Source of the DNA: Marsupella aquatica
Lineage: Eukaryota > Plantae > Marchantiophyta
Length of the DNA stretch: 64,000 nt
Assembly: GCA_973895155.1 (NCBI GenBank)
Contig: OZ316892.1
Span: forward strand, 20,833,619-20,897,618
Direction of reading: 5' to 3'
Below the pieces are notes generated by a model that saw only the letters and a program-made list of their open reading frames with translations, was not told the origin of the DNA and made no database searches. The translations under genes were made by a program, and so were the position numbers. Of the stretch, positions 13,900 through 25,207 are shown piece by piece (within the stretch, counting starts at the first letter, position 1; each line of letters begins with the position of its first letter).

Positions 13900-14219
13900 A
13901 AAACTCCCCCTTAGGGATCCTTTTCCCTAGCATGCTTACACTTAAGTGAGGGAAACAAAAATTAAGTTAGTGTGTAAACAAGTTAGACCCAATTGTCGAT
14001 ATTTGTTAATGAAAGTAGATATAAGCATGCCCACATCAAACTAGGTAAAAGTCCCACATAAGGTAGGTTAATTTGAGTTTCTGCCCCGGGGAATGACAAT
14101 TTTGCATTGTGTGATCACTTCAATATATTGATATTTGTTTTAATTAGTTTGTGGATAGTAGTGGACCTAAATGCCCTTGGTGCCTGGACTCCTACACAAA
14201 ACTCCTTGAGCCAGGCATT

Positions 14220-16050
14220 TGTAGGATCAAAACGGAGCATGACGTCTCATCATAATTATCACTCATACAATGTCACTCGAGTACACCAACACAAAGATAC
14301 GTGGTTCACCCCGGCGGGGCTACATCCATGTTTGCACCAAGAGCTTCTTTATGAGCACCAAAAGTACATATCACCATAGCTCCATGGTCCAAGCTCTCTC
14401 TCTCACACAAAGTTCTCAACTAAGTGTTTTCTCTCCATAGGATACAAAAAGGGTTATCCCTTCATGAAGAGTCTAGGCAACTAATGTTAACTCTGGTTAA
14501 CTTACTCTAGTTAACCTAACCAAGGTTGAGTCAAAACCCTAACAAACTCCCCCTTGACTCTAGCCTTGAGCTAGTTGCTAGCATTCTGAAGCTAGATCTG
14601 TAGTGAATTGCAATGTCTTGCAAAATCATCATGAAGGATAACCTTGGTTAACATGTCAGCTAGATTGAGTTTACCATCATCTTGACTAGCTCAACCTTTC
14701 TTGCTGACATTGCATGTCTGATGAAGTGATACCGGATATCAATGTGTTTAACACTACCATGTGTCATAATTTGATTGGCAACAATGTGTAAAGCACTATT
14801 GCGTTGTGTAATCCCCAAATCCTTCACCAGGTTGCTTAACCAAATTAATCGCCTCCTTAGCTGCTTCAGCTATTGCCACAAATTTAGCTTCAGTAGAAGA
14901 CTGAGATATGAATGTTTGCTTTGTGGACCTCCAACTCACACATCCACCTGCAAGAGTGAAAGTGTATCTTGAGGTGGACTTCCTCTGGTCCAAATTTCCT
15001 TCATAGTCAGAGTTCACATAGTCAATCAATGATTATGCATCTTCACTGTGTGCATCAAACAGCAGTCCAACAATTGAGGTTCCCTGCAGATAACATAGTA
15101 TCCACTTCACTACTTCCCAATGTATCTTTCTTGGATTAGCCATGTACCTACTCACCAATCCAACAACATGTGCTATATCGGGCCTGGTACAAACCATGAG
15201 ATAAATTAAACTGCCCACAATACTATCATAGGAAGCCTTAGGCATATGATCTCTCTCAATTGCATCTGTGGGGCAGGATGCAACTGAAAGCTTAAAATGT
15301 GACGCCAAAGGAATACTCATAGACTTGGCAATTGCCATATTGAACTTGGCAAGAATCTTATCAATATGTACTTACTTTGTGTCAACCACAATATGTCATT
15401 TTGTCTATCCCTATGAATCTCCATGCCCAATATGCGCTTAGCAGTACCCAAATCTTTCATACTAAACTTAGAGCTCAATTGAGCTTTCAGCTTAGTAATG
15501 TCAGATTTATTCTTTGCTACTATGAGCATATACTTCACATAAAGAGCTAACAAATAAAACCAAAAGTTCATCATTCACTCTCTTCATGTGTAGATGGGAT
15601 TGAGGGGGAGACTTTATGTTGTCACTTGGATTTATTCAAAGTGTGCATCAATCTTCCCCTCAATCTTGTCAACATTGGAGTTTCTATCATTTTCTCCCCC
15701 TCTTTCAATGAGAACCTCATTGAACAAGATATTGATGCTGACTACCAGCTTTTGTGCCAAAGGGTATCATAGACAATACTCTTTCACTCCTTTTTGATAG
15801 CCAAGAAATATGCACTGTACAAACTTTGGATCAAATTTAGTGTGTGATATTGGAGGCAAGAGAGCATATGTCTCATAACCAAACACACCTAGTTCAATGG
15901 TATAATCAACCTGCAGGTTTTTGGTGTCACATTTCAAAAGGAGTCTTACAACCAATGTTGCTAACTTGAGACAAAGTTAGTAGATTTAAGCTGTTGTATT
16001 AACAGCTTCAGCCCATAAGATTTGTGGAAGACTTGCTTGACTTAACATAA
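14220..16050 (-). mobile_element. Degenerate Ty1/Copia retrotransposon: 3' LTR, PPT and pol remnant
   Basis: RT motifs MKDLG..KRILGMEI and SIVGSLIYLMVCTRPDIA; RNase H RKSTS..SWRS.KQ..SSTEA; integrase-adjacent K.DPK..CIFLGY. PPT AAGGGGGAG just right of the LTR; candidate LTR TG..CA at 14220-14544. Frameshifts and deletions present. Confidence 0.9.
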
Positions 16051-16071
16051 TTATTCCATGAACGCTCCAAT

Positions 16072-16241
16072 TGTTAGGAATTGACTCAATTCAATTTCCT
16101 GGCTTAGTTAGTTTGGCCTTACTAGGGTTAGTTAACCTTGGGTTAGATTAGGAAAAGATCCGCTTAGATTAGGCTCACACATCTTGGCCCTCTTGGGAGT
16201 CTAGTTTGGAGCCGACAATTTCTTACAAGTGGTATCAAAGC
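16072..16241 (+). mobile_element. Short LTR followed by a tRNA-Met PBS (5' end of another LTR element)
   Basis: TGTTAGG...CTTACA (16072-16227), then AG, then TGGTATCAAAGC (16230-16241). Confidence 0.6.
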
Positions 16242-17358
16242 TTCGTGTTTGTGGTTCAGTGGTCTGGACAACGGTGAGAGCATTTGTTGTGTTGGATCGT
16301 GGTGAAAGATTGAATCATCATCATTCTATGATTGCATGATCTTTTCATTGGCAATTTTGCGTTGATCATTTCATGTTTGGAAGAGGTGATGGTTTCTCAA
16401 TTAATTCAAACTTTGCTGAAGTATTGGAGAAGTCATTGTGTTTTCAAAGGGTATTGTTGGGAGGACAATCTGACAATTTATTGTGTGCATCGGCAGACAC
16501 TTTGTCTCGATGAAAGTTTCACACCATTTCATCCGACGAGTGCAGAGTAATCTCTAATTGAGTTTGTTGTTTAGAGCTTGGTTACAATAATCGTAGTTGT
16601 CTACTTACCTTGTGGGGCCTGTGTGGAGATCACTGGTGTGGGGTCGTATTTTCTCGTCAAAACTTTGAGGTTCGTGACTTGTTCAAAGTTGCAATTATTA
16701 TTTCTCTTGTTATTCCTTTGGTCTTCGCACCGCAATATTTCACGGCACAATGGAGGGTATCATTTTTTTTGTGTACGCTTTGTACGAGGCTTTGTATACG
16801 CGCGTACGGTGTTAGGGAGATATGCACAAGCAAGAAGGATTTAAGAGGGGAGACGTGGGTCCTTATCCCAGCCAGTACAAAGAGGGGCTGTGCAGGGTTC
16901 TGCAAGAGGCCCTATGCCTAGTACTATGTTGTTGGCCCAAGGTGCTTGGAGAGCTGGTACAGTTTCTGTACCTGCAAAGTACAGTAGTATAAATGAAGGT
17001 ACATTGGAGGGAGTGAAATGATTCACATCCCTTTTGGAAACCTTATGTAGCACAAGGGGGCCAAGAGCAAAGGACAACAATTATGAGGGGGAGGTGAAGG
17101 AGCTGTACCAGCCCTAGGTACTCCATTAAGTGTTTGACATTTAATGATTAGGTACACTTGCCAAAGCCCAGGTACACTTGAGTTGGAGGGGAGAGTAAGC
17201 GTAAGTGCTCCCTTTCTAATGATTAAGGACAAAAGCCAATCTTGAGGGTAATTAATGCTAATCTGCATTAAGTACCCCGTCAGTGGTGCCCGCTGCCCGT
17301 ATGTACTATGTTTGATTTTAGAATAAATAGCTGATGCAAATGAATGTTATCACAAGTT

Positions 17359-17600
17359 GTGGAGAGGCTCAGTGGTAGCACAACTGTCACGGCTTCGTAT
17401 GGGAGGAGCCGCTGGTGGTGCAAGGGGCACTAGGGTGCTTGCTCAAGGTATTCCGTGGAGGCGTTTGAGCACCAGGGGCACTTAGGCGCGAGTGCTGAAA
17501 TTGGTGAGTGCGCTGGGTGGCAAGGTCCACCACTACAACTCAGTTAGGGATCAAGAAGTCCTGGGTTCAAAACCAGTTGTGTGCAAAGAATTCTTTTTAA
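17359..17600 (+). mobile_element. tRNA-derived SINE-like sequence interrupted by an LTR fragment
   Basis: A-box-like GGCTCAGTGGTAG lies before the insertion and B-box-like GGTTCAAAACC after it. Removing 17385-17539 joins them at tRNA-like spacing. Confidence 0.55.
17385..17534 (+). mobile_element. 150-bp solo-LTR-like insertion with 5-bp TSD
   Basis: ACAAC on both sides (17380-17384, 17535-17539). Homologous in inverted orientation to ~21307-21460, which abuts a PBS. Confidence 0.7.
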
Positions 17601-17904
17601 CATTCACCCCACCCAAAAAGTGGGGATCATTCACGCTACTAACATTAAAAATATATATGAAGGGGCGGGCAGTAGGCGCGAGCAGGTGTGTACCCAAGGC
17701 TCTTAATGAGAATCAGGATTGCCTTTCGTTGTGAATTTCTAATGGAGGTATTTTAATGTACATGCAATTGACACTTGGCAACCGTGCATGGCTTTGCATA
17801 AGGACACTAAGAAGAATTTAAGGGCGACATTTGATCTTTGGTGTTTTCTTGAAAAACATTTTATTTTGCTCTTCTTTTGCGGTTTCCTTTTGTACTGCAA
17901 TTTA

Positions 17905-19539
17905 CACTAGTACATTTTACCTCCTTTTTCCGATTCTCTCCACATCGGACGCCTTTGTAAAATAAAATTTGAAAAACCATATATCCGATACTACTAGCAT
18001 CGCAACATGCCATTTTAATAGTATCGGATATCGACAATCGGACTTCTATCGGAAAGTCTGATGGTGGGAGAATGGGAAAGTCTGATGGTGGGAGAATGGG
18101 AAAGTCCGATGCTAGGAGAATGGAAAAGTCTGATGGTGAGAGAATGGGAAAGTCCAATGCTAGGAGAATGGGAAAGTCCGATGGTGAGAGAATGGGAAAG
18201 TCCGAAGCAATCAAAATGGGATATGCATTTCAGCGGACGCGACATGCTCAGGTCACCCATCTCTTCCTTTAATTGGGTTTCTACTTTCATTTGGAACTAT
18301 GAGCTAGGTGCCCATCTCCCTTGACATGTGAACTCTTCAAATTTTCTCAACTAATTGGTCACCCATCCCAATTGCTATTCCTCCAACATGAGCTTAACTT
18401 TGTGGTTCTTATTCCTTACATTGTACATGCAAGCTTAGCACTTTTGTTGTTTGACTTAGAGTGTTTGGGGATTTTATACACTTGTGAGTTTACTAAGACC
18501 CATAATTTGGACCCATTCTTGATCCATTTTTCTCTATCATGAGATTAGATCTTTGCATCTAGTGACCTATTCTAGTTACCCTATTACATTCCCCTAGGAG
18601 AAACCAATAGAAATCTGGCAGGGGTCATTCATCGATAGTAAAGCCCTCCTTCATTAGATTTGATATGGGATAATTATGGCTTATTAGTTATGGATGATAT
18701 TTTGGTCCTTCCAAAGCCTCAGCGCCAATGGCTCCTGATTGTCTCATCTTTTATCAACTATGTTGTTGTTGGACTTGCAACAAAGACTACATGGGACAAG
18801 CAACCTCCTTCTAGATGATGTATTTTGGACTTGGCATGTTGAGCACATATTTCCGTAAGGGAACAATATGTTGGGTCTTGGAATGAGGCAAAAACAACAC
18901 TCAAGTCTATTTGCCTCAAGTATGAAGTTATTCATGCATGGAAGAATGATTGCATCTTTTGGGAAGAGTCTGTCGGTGCAACCACATACCCCATCTAACA
19001 CATCAAAACTTTTCATTCTAACACAATCAAAAATTTTCTTTTTGTCATAACCAGATTTTCCCATACTCCCAGCATCAGACTTTCCCATTCTTCTAGCATC
19101 GGACTTTCCCATACTCCCAGCATCGGACTTTCCCATTCTTCCAGCATCGGACTTTCCCATACTCCCAGCATCGGACTTTCCCATTCTCCCAACATCGGAC
19201 TTTGCCATGTTAGCACAATCGGATATAATATCCGTTATTATTAACTACGGAAAGTTTCCGATCAATATTGTAACGCACATCATTTTCGTTACAAAAAACA
19301 TCGGACATATCAATCAAAGTTTATGTTGAGGGATCCGATGTGTTTTCTAACGGATATGATCCGTTTTTTAACGCATCGGAAAGGTTCCGTTGTCAATTAT
19401 ATCGGAAATGAAGATATCCGAAGCCGAGAGTATGGCATATTGCCATTTTTTGATAATCGGAATTTCCGATGCTAAAAGAATCGGACGCCGATTGTTCGCA
19501 AAAATTGAGCATCGGAAATCAGCTTAATATGTACTAGTG
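17905..19539 (+). mobile_element. Non-autonomous CACTA (En/Spm) element, copy 1
   Basis: Termini CACTAGTACAT...ATGTACTAGTG, 3-bp TSD TTA, 24-bp subterminal repeats in opposite orientation at the two ends. Internal TnpD-like fragment EAKTTLKSICLKYEVIHAWKNDCIF (~18880-18995, + strand). Confidence 0.93.
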
Positions 19540-19599
19540 TTATTTCTCTCGGATGGACAGGTGTCACCTCCACATTCCTTTTGATGTAAAAGTACTTAC

Positions 19600-21460
19600 T
19601 ATGTATTTTGATTCCTTGGAAAGATTCCTTACCTGAGAGCTGATTTTTGCCAAAATTTTTGAATTTGGATCCCTTGCCACCCACCTTTGCCAAGTCTGGT
19701 CGGTTATTCACTACCATAGTGTCCAAGGTTGTCAAAGGCATCAGAAAGCGTTTTAAACTCATGACGCTTTTCCTGTAACTTTTCTTTGAGTAGCGACAAG
19801 AGCTTCACTATACAGTTGTGAAGCTGCATATGTAGGGTCTCTTGCCCTATCGGGATACACGCCAACTGGTTCTGGTAATAAGTGATGAACTTTTGGATAT
19901 CGCCCGTGAAGCTCATTTCCGTTACATATTTATGCGCGTGCCACTCTGGGTACTTAGTGGCGACATGAGCACGGAGACCCTCAACCAGGTTTTCCTAAGT
20001 TAACGGCAAGGAGGAGTCCTCTTCCCTGGGCTCTCACTCCGTGTAAAAAAAGTGGACCCCACCTGCGATCAGGCTCTTTTTTTGTTTACCCCTTGTTATT
20101 TCCATTTTACTATTAAAAGTTCCCTTATTACCAATAATAATTATAATTATTAGTTCAAAATGAATAAAAATTACCCTTTGAGCGTTTGCACGTCCTCCAC
20201 GTATTAGTTAAGACTGAGGGCCCAGGGGTCCTCTTGCGACTTCTTGCAAGACTGGTACCAAGTCAAGGCATTGTCCTTCAGGTAAGGAGCAATTGCGGTA
20301 GCCCAAGTGGATCGCTTAAATACATAGGCTTGGAGATGAATCTCCATCGTGGAGAGCCAACTCAAGAACTTTTTTCCACTTTGCTTGTAGGCCCCGTCAT
20401 AAGTTGGAGGAGTTGGTAATTGGTTCACTTGGAACATACTTCATCCAAGTTCTACCATTCCCCCCTCCGGACGCAACGCACTCTGACTACCTAGACTTAG
20501 TAAGTACTTGATCTGGGCGCCCTTGTTGTGTTATGGTTGCTCATATATGAGACACTGGTCTTGAGTCAACGGTCCTAAACCGTTGTCAGCAGCTGGGACC
20601 TTGCGGGTTGTATGACCTGGACAGTCATCCAACCGCCTTTCCTTTATAGGCCGCCTATCCTTAGGTTCACGTGTGGAATTTGGTGACACCCCCGTAGCTT
20701 ATGGGCACCATGACCTCCCGGGGCTGTGGCACCACCCTCATCACCCTGGTTTTGCTTGGTCAAATTATCCACAATGATGTCCGGCTTGACATCATCCTCT
20801 AGTTCCGCATCCAACCCTCTTAAGGCTGGGATCAGCCCCTCTAGCTTTTGGGTCCTGACCCTCTCCCTCCAATTATGTCTTTGAATTGCTATTGCTCTCA
20901 TCTAACTCGGTGTTATCATTCATTTGCTCAACTTGTCTTTCAAAGGGTCAGCGGCCTCCTTCCCTTTAAGTTGACGACGCTTTGCACTCAATGTCTTTGT
21001 TGTGGTGGCTGACGGTCCAGCTGCCATGTCCTCGTCTTCCTACTTGTAGCTTACGTTTGTCTAGGGAAGTGGACCCGTCTTCTTTCTGTTTATCTGGAAT
21101 TGGGACCCTTCCCTTGGCGGAAAGAGCCTTCTTGCCAATCTTTGATCGAGTGTTCTTAACCATGTTTCTAGCAACTGAATCTGCCCGCAGTCAACCCATT
21201 GGGCACATTGAAGCACTAAGTCCCCACAAAATTCCATTAAATTTTTTGGATTCCGACTTAGCCCAACTCCGGCCCGGTCTATGCCAGCAATCGCTCTGAT
21301 ACCACAAGTGGTGGACCTTGCCACCCAACACCCTCACCAATCCCAACACCCACGCCTAAGTGCCCCAGCCTAATGCCCGAACATCTCCATGGAACTCCTC
21401 AAGCAAAAAACTTGATGCCCCTTGCACCGCCTGCGACCCCTCCTATACAAAGTCACGCTT
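19600..21460 (-). mobile_element. Degenerate Ty3/Gypsy-like 5' remnant (LTR end, PBS, gag)
   Basis: PBS TGGTATCAGAGC at 21304-21293. Gag-like PPTYDG..WLSTME..YLKDNALTWY in ORF 20204-20437. The rest is broken by stops. Confidence 0.75.
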
Positions 21461-21631
21461 GTTCCCTAACATGATAAGCGCTCAACAATCCTCCCTATCT
21501 GCACAAGTAACCAAGTACCTTGGTAAGTAACCCGACAAGATCTAGATCTCCCCAAGTCGAGCATCCTAACTTGAGCTCAACAAACCTTAGGTAAGTAGGT
21601 CAGTGATAGGTCCTCATCAGCCTATTCATTA

Positions 21632-21745
21632 AAAGTGTACTTTCTTTTGTTCACAAATCAGTCTTGAAATGTACACTTTCATGTCCCCAAATGTACACTT
21701 TAAGAAACCCAAATGTACACTTTTTGGTCTCTAAATGTACACTTT
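21632..21745. repeat. Cluster of AAATGTACACTTT motifs at ~22-bp spacing
   Basis: Four copies at about 21667, 21690, 21711 and 21733 plus an inverted variant at about 21632; resembles transposon subterminal repeats. Confidence 0.7.
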
Positions 21746-22020
21746 ATAGGCCAAATCATATAAGTATTATATTAATAAATAATACATATTATATCATTTA
21801 TTGATTCACAAAGAATAATAGTATAGAGATCATTATTTATGAATTCACAAAGAATAGTAGGATAGAGATCATACTTATAAAAACATTTCAGCACAAATAA
21901 ACCCTTGAATATGTGTGAACAAAATGACATAACTCCAAATAGATTATAAAATAATATACAATTATCTCCAAATTTACAATGTATTTCTTCTATTTAAGGG
22001 GCTTAACATGAGTCATATCT

Positions 22021-23061
22021 CTAAACAAAGTGCTCCTTACAATGTGTATTTGAGCACGTGCCCCTGTCTCCTTTACTATCTACCCTAGTGTCACGGTTGC
22101 AAGTCCCTTTATCTTCAGGGAGCTGAAACTTGGTGGTGTTGTTCCTAATGGCTATAATCTCTCGCAAAAAGTGTCTGGGATTTTCTCTATGCGGACCTGA
22201 ATAGTCCCTTCCTACAAATGCTTTAGCAAGTGACGTGACAAGTGTATCGTCAAGTTCTGCCTCAAGACGTAAACTACATATACGATGCTTCACGTTCCAA
22301 GGAATCTCATTGCTATTGAGGTCCAACACACTATGCGTAAACTGTGACTTCCAAATTTTTGTTGCACATCTCTTACTAAGTTGATCATAAGTAATTTCAT
22401 TTTTTACCTTGTCTCTCTTTATGTGCAATAGAGACCACAGTGGAGAGTTAAGAAGAAGATAACATCTAATGTCACTTGCATGGGATAGTTTCTCAAGACA
22501 AGGCCAAAGAATTGTTAGAAGAAAATTATCTCCACCATTGGCATGCGTGTAGGGCACTGGAAATAGTCCGGTCATGCTTGGGTTGGCAAATGCCTTAAGG
22601 GGGGAGTCATCCACGAGGAGGGTGTTGGTTTCATCATATAGATTTCCAAATCCACTCCATACCACCCGAAAATCCTTCAATACTTAGCACATTTTCCTTT
22701 CCGTTTGTAATGTCACGCCTTTGAATGCCTGTGTCAAAGGCTTCCACTTGTGTGAATACAAACTTAAGTTTCAACCTCTCCTCAACAGTGAACATCATGT
22801 TCAGCATTTTCACTGTTCGATGTACCCCAGCACATGTCCAAATTGCAACGTCAAATTGGTCAAAAACCAACTTTAGAAACTCATGGAGCCCTGGCCTTTC
22901 TGTGTACATGCGACTAATTCCATTTTTTCTATCCCAATGCACTCCACTTGGGATCACAACATTTCTGGATTTGCCCTTGCTTTGGAATTCAACTGAATCC
23001 CAAAGTATTTTGTTAAGATCCAAAATCAGCAATTTGCGCTTGATGGAACAAGGTCTTGGTT
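22021..23061 (-). pseudogene. FCP1/SCP (NIF, HAD-superfamily) phosphatase-like gene with a frameshift
   Basis: KLLILDLNKIL, ERPGLHEFL..FDVAIWT, then after a frameshift at ~22680 KDFRVVW..YDETNTLLVDDSP.K..NP. A TTGCAG acceptor lies at ~23062. Confidence 0.85.
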
Positions 23062-23313
23062 CTGCAAGTGCAACAAATACCAATCTTAGAGATAAAACCA
23101 CATTTGAAGTTTGGATAGAGATCATCTCTGTCAATCCAACACAAGTGGCCAACCACAAAGAAAATATATCTGCATACTGATCAAATTCATTGAGAAACCG
23201 TAAAGAGGAGATGGATATTGATACTGATGCTCTAATTGTTAAACTTGAAGTATAATTATACAAACTATATTATATCAAATTGATAAGGTCACATCGCTCA
23301 ATCTAGACCTTGG

Positions 23314-24873
23314 CTAACAATGCGATCCATATTCATCAATCAAGATATCATCACCGAGTTCTTGTTGGATCTCATAATTGACATCGGAGGTACTCTCCTC
23401 TACCCAATAAGGTGCAGACCAAACCGGAGTTATCAATCCCAATTCTCCACTTCTATAAGTTGGATCTTTCTTGTGCTTTTTGTACGAGTCATTGTTCAAA
23501 ATCGATTGAGCAGCATCCAACGCAACTTCAGTTCCTACATTGGGTCCACTTTTCCACACGTAACATTGACAATCATATTCAAGTGACTTATATCCAGTTG
23601 ATCCTACTCTCTTCCCTTTCTTTTTTGAGAGTGGAAGGATAACAGGACTTCTTGACTGTGATCGAACAAACACCAATTTGTCATTAGAAGCGGAAAAGAG
23701 TGTATTGGGACAAATTGAAGCACCTGCCTGGTTGTCAGCAGTCGTGGATGCACTTGCTTCATTCACGGGAATGTCAGCTATTTGGATGGGCTGTGGTCTC
23801 AATCCCAATGTGTCGAGTTCATTGGACTCACCATGCCTCTCCGCACCTTGATTGAGAAGGTTGTTTGAAGAAAGTTTTTCAAAAGTATCAACTTCCATCT
23901 CTTGTCCAGGCACTTGTGGATGGAGACCATCTCTATCCAAGTTATCATCATATTGGCCCTCGTTGGGGCCCATGGGGGCAGCATCTGTAATTGGTGAACT
24001 ACAAGGTGCAGATCCAACAATCATATCGTCGTCCACAAGGTCAATATTTTCACCCTCGCCAACTCGGTCATCCAAATTCTTCACGTATGCCTCTGATGGC
24101 CCATCGTCTTTGACTGATTGGTCAGCTCCATCTTCTTGATCACCATCTGATTCATTTTCAATAGCAACAGCGGCAGAAGAGGGTTCCCAATGTCTAGAAC
24201 TTCCACCGACATAGCGATCATAATGATCTTTGATGGTGGGAACCTTCTCACAAAGGAACGAAGCGTATGCTTCCACAAAATGTCTCTCATGTTGAGAGTC
24301 ACAATAAACAAAACATTCACGTTGAGAAAAAAGGGATGCCTTCATCACTTGACCGCCAGAGAAAAAGTCAAGAATCAAATCCCCCAGCTCGGATAGTGTT
24401 TGGATGATCTTTTGGATCATCCGTGTGGGTTTGGTGTGAGGATTCACCCACCCACCCCGAGCGCCGACAGTCTCAAATCGAGGTGCCATGTGCAAAAGGA
24501 TTGCCGCCTCTTTTGGGGTCATCATATTTTTTAGATCTTCATGCAATGACTCCTCGTCCGCGTCCTTGGCCTTTCCCTTTCCCTTGACCTTCTCAACCAC
24601 GAAATCAGTATCCTTTTCACCGTACACCCATTTTGGCTTCATTTGGTTGGGCTTGAACACTTCATCCCAGCTGACATTCTCCTCGCGAGAAATTCCGGCA
24701 AAGATAACCTCTTCTATTCCTCCCTTCCAACATGAGTCTTGAGGGTGAGGTTGATCATCTCGGTAATAACTCCCATACTCAATGTGAATACTTAGAGTTT
24801 TTGAATGTCCTAATTTATGAAGAGCGCTTAGGACATTCAGTACAAGATAACCCGGATGGACAGTTATCATCAC
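23314..24873 (-). CDS. N4/N6 (beta-class) DNA methyltransferase-like ORF with acidic tail; N-terminus missing
   Basis: NPHTKPTRMIQKIIQTLSELGDLILDFFSGG..KAS..R matches the HPxxKP..LI..S..GD.VLDPFxGSG (motif X/I) signature; IEEVIFA resembles motif VIII. No DPPY/SPPY in the ORF, which is cut upstream by unrelated retroelement-like DNA. Confidence 0.72.
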   Translation of the reverse strand: MMITVHPGYLVLNVLSALHKLGHSKTLSIHIEYGSYYRDDQPHPQDSCWKGGIEEVIFAGISREENVSWDEVFKPNQMKPKWVYGEKDTDFVVEKVKGKGKAKDADEESLHEDLKNMMTPKEAAILLHMAPRFETVGARGGWVNPHTKPTRMIQKIIQTLSELGDLILDFFSGGQVMKASLFSQRECFVYCDSQHERHFVEAYASFLCEKVPTIKDHYDRYVGGSSRHWEPSSAAVAIENESDGDQEDGADQSVKDDGPSEAYVKNLDDRVGEGENIDLVDDDMIVGSAPCSSPITDAAPMGPNEGQYDDNLDRDGLHPQVPGQEMEVDTFEKLSSNNLLNQGAERHGESNELDTLGLRPQPIQIADIPVNEASASTTADNQAGASICPNTLFSASNDKLVFVRSQSRSPVILPLSKKKGKRVGSTGYKSLEYDCQCYVWKSGPNVGTEVALDAAQSILNNDSYKKHKKDPTYRSGELGLITPVWSAPYWVEESTSDVNYEIQQELGDDILIDEYGSHC

Positions 24874-25073
24874 AACAATGGTAGGATTCCGTGGTAGCTC
24901 TACTAAAGTTAGGCCGTAGTGATGACCTTCGAGCAGTGAGTATTGTTAAGGCTCGTGGGCATCTGCAGGTAGATGAAGCTACTCACGCTATAATAAATCA
25001 TTCGGACATAGATGAATTTAAGCCCAATGTTAGTAAGACTAAGATCGGTACCTCACCCAATTTTGGTGATTGT

Positions 25074-25083
25074 CTTGATACCA
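25074..25083 (-). mobile_element. PBS-like site of an LTR element adjoining the methyltransferase ORF
   Basis: Minus strand reads TGGTATCAAG, a few bases after CCACCA. Confidence 0.45.
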
Positions 25084-25207
25084 CCAAAGATGGTGGAGTG
25101 TGATGCCTAGCCAGGAATCACTAGGCCAGTTAAGTGGGGAAACGGAGGTGTACCCTATAAACCCATTAGTATAGTAACAAAAACAAGGAAAATATAAACA
25201 ATTAAGG

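Noticed and set aside
18015-19216. Repetitive ORFs (MGKSDAG, SDFPIL) here and at 48562-49926
   Set aside because: These are translations of the 24-bp CACTA subterminal repeats, open in several frames on both strands.
23314-24873. Bacterial contamination or a restriction-modification operon
   Set aside because: Embedded among plant retroelements, long low-complexity tail, neighbouring splice signals and no nuclease partner.
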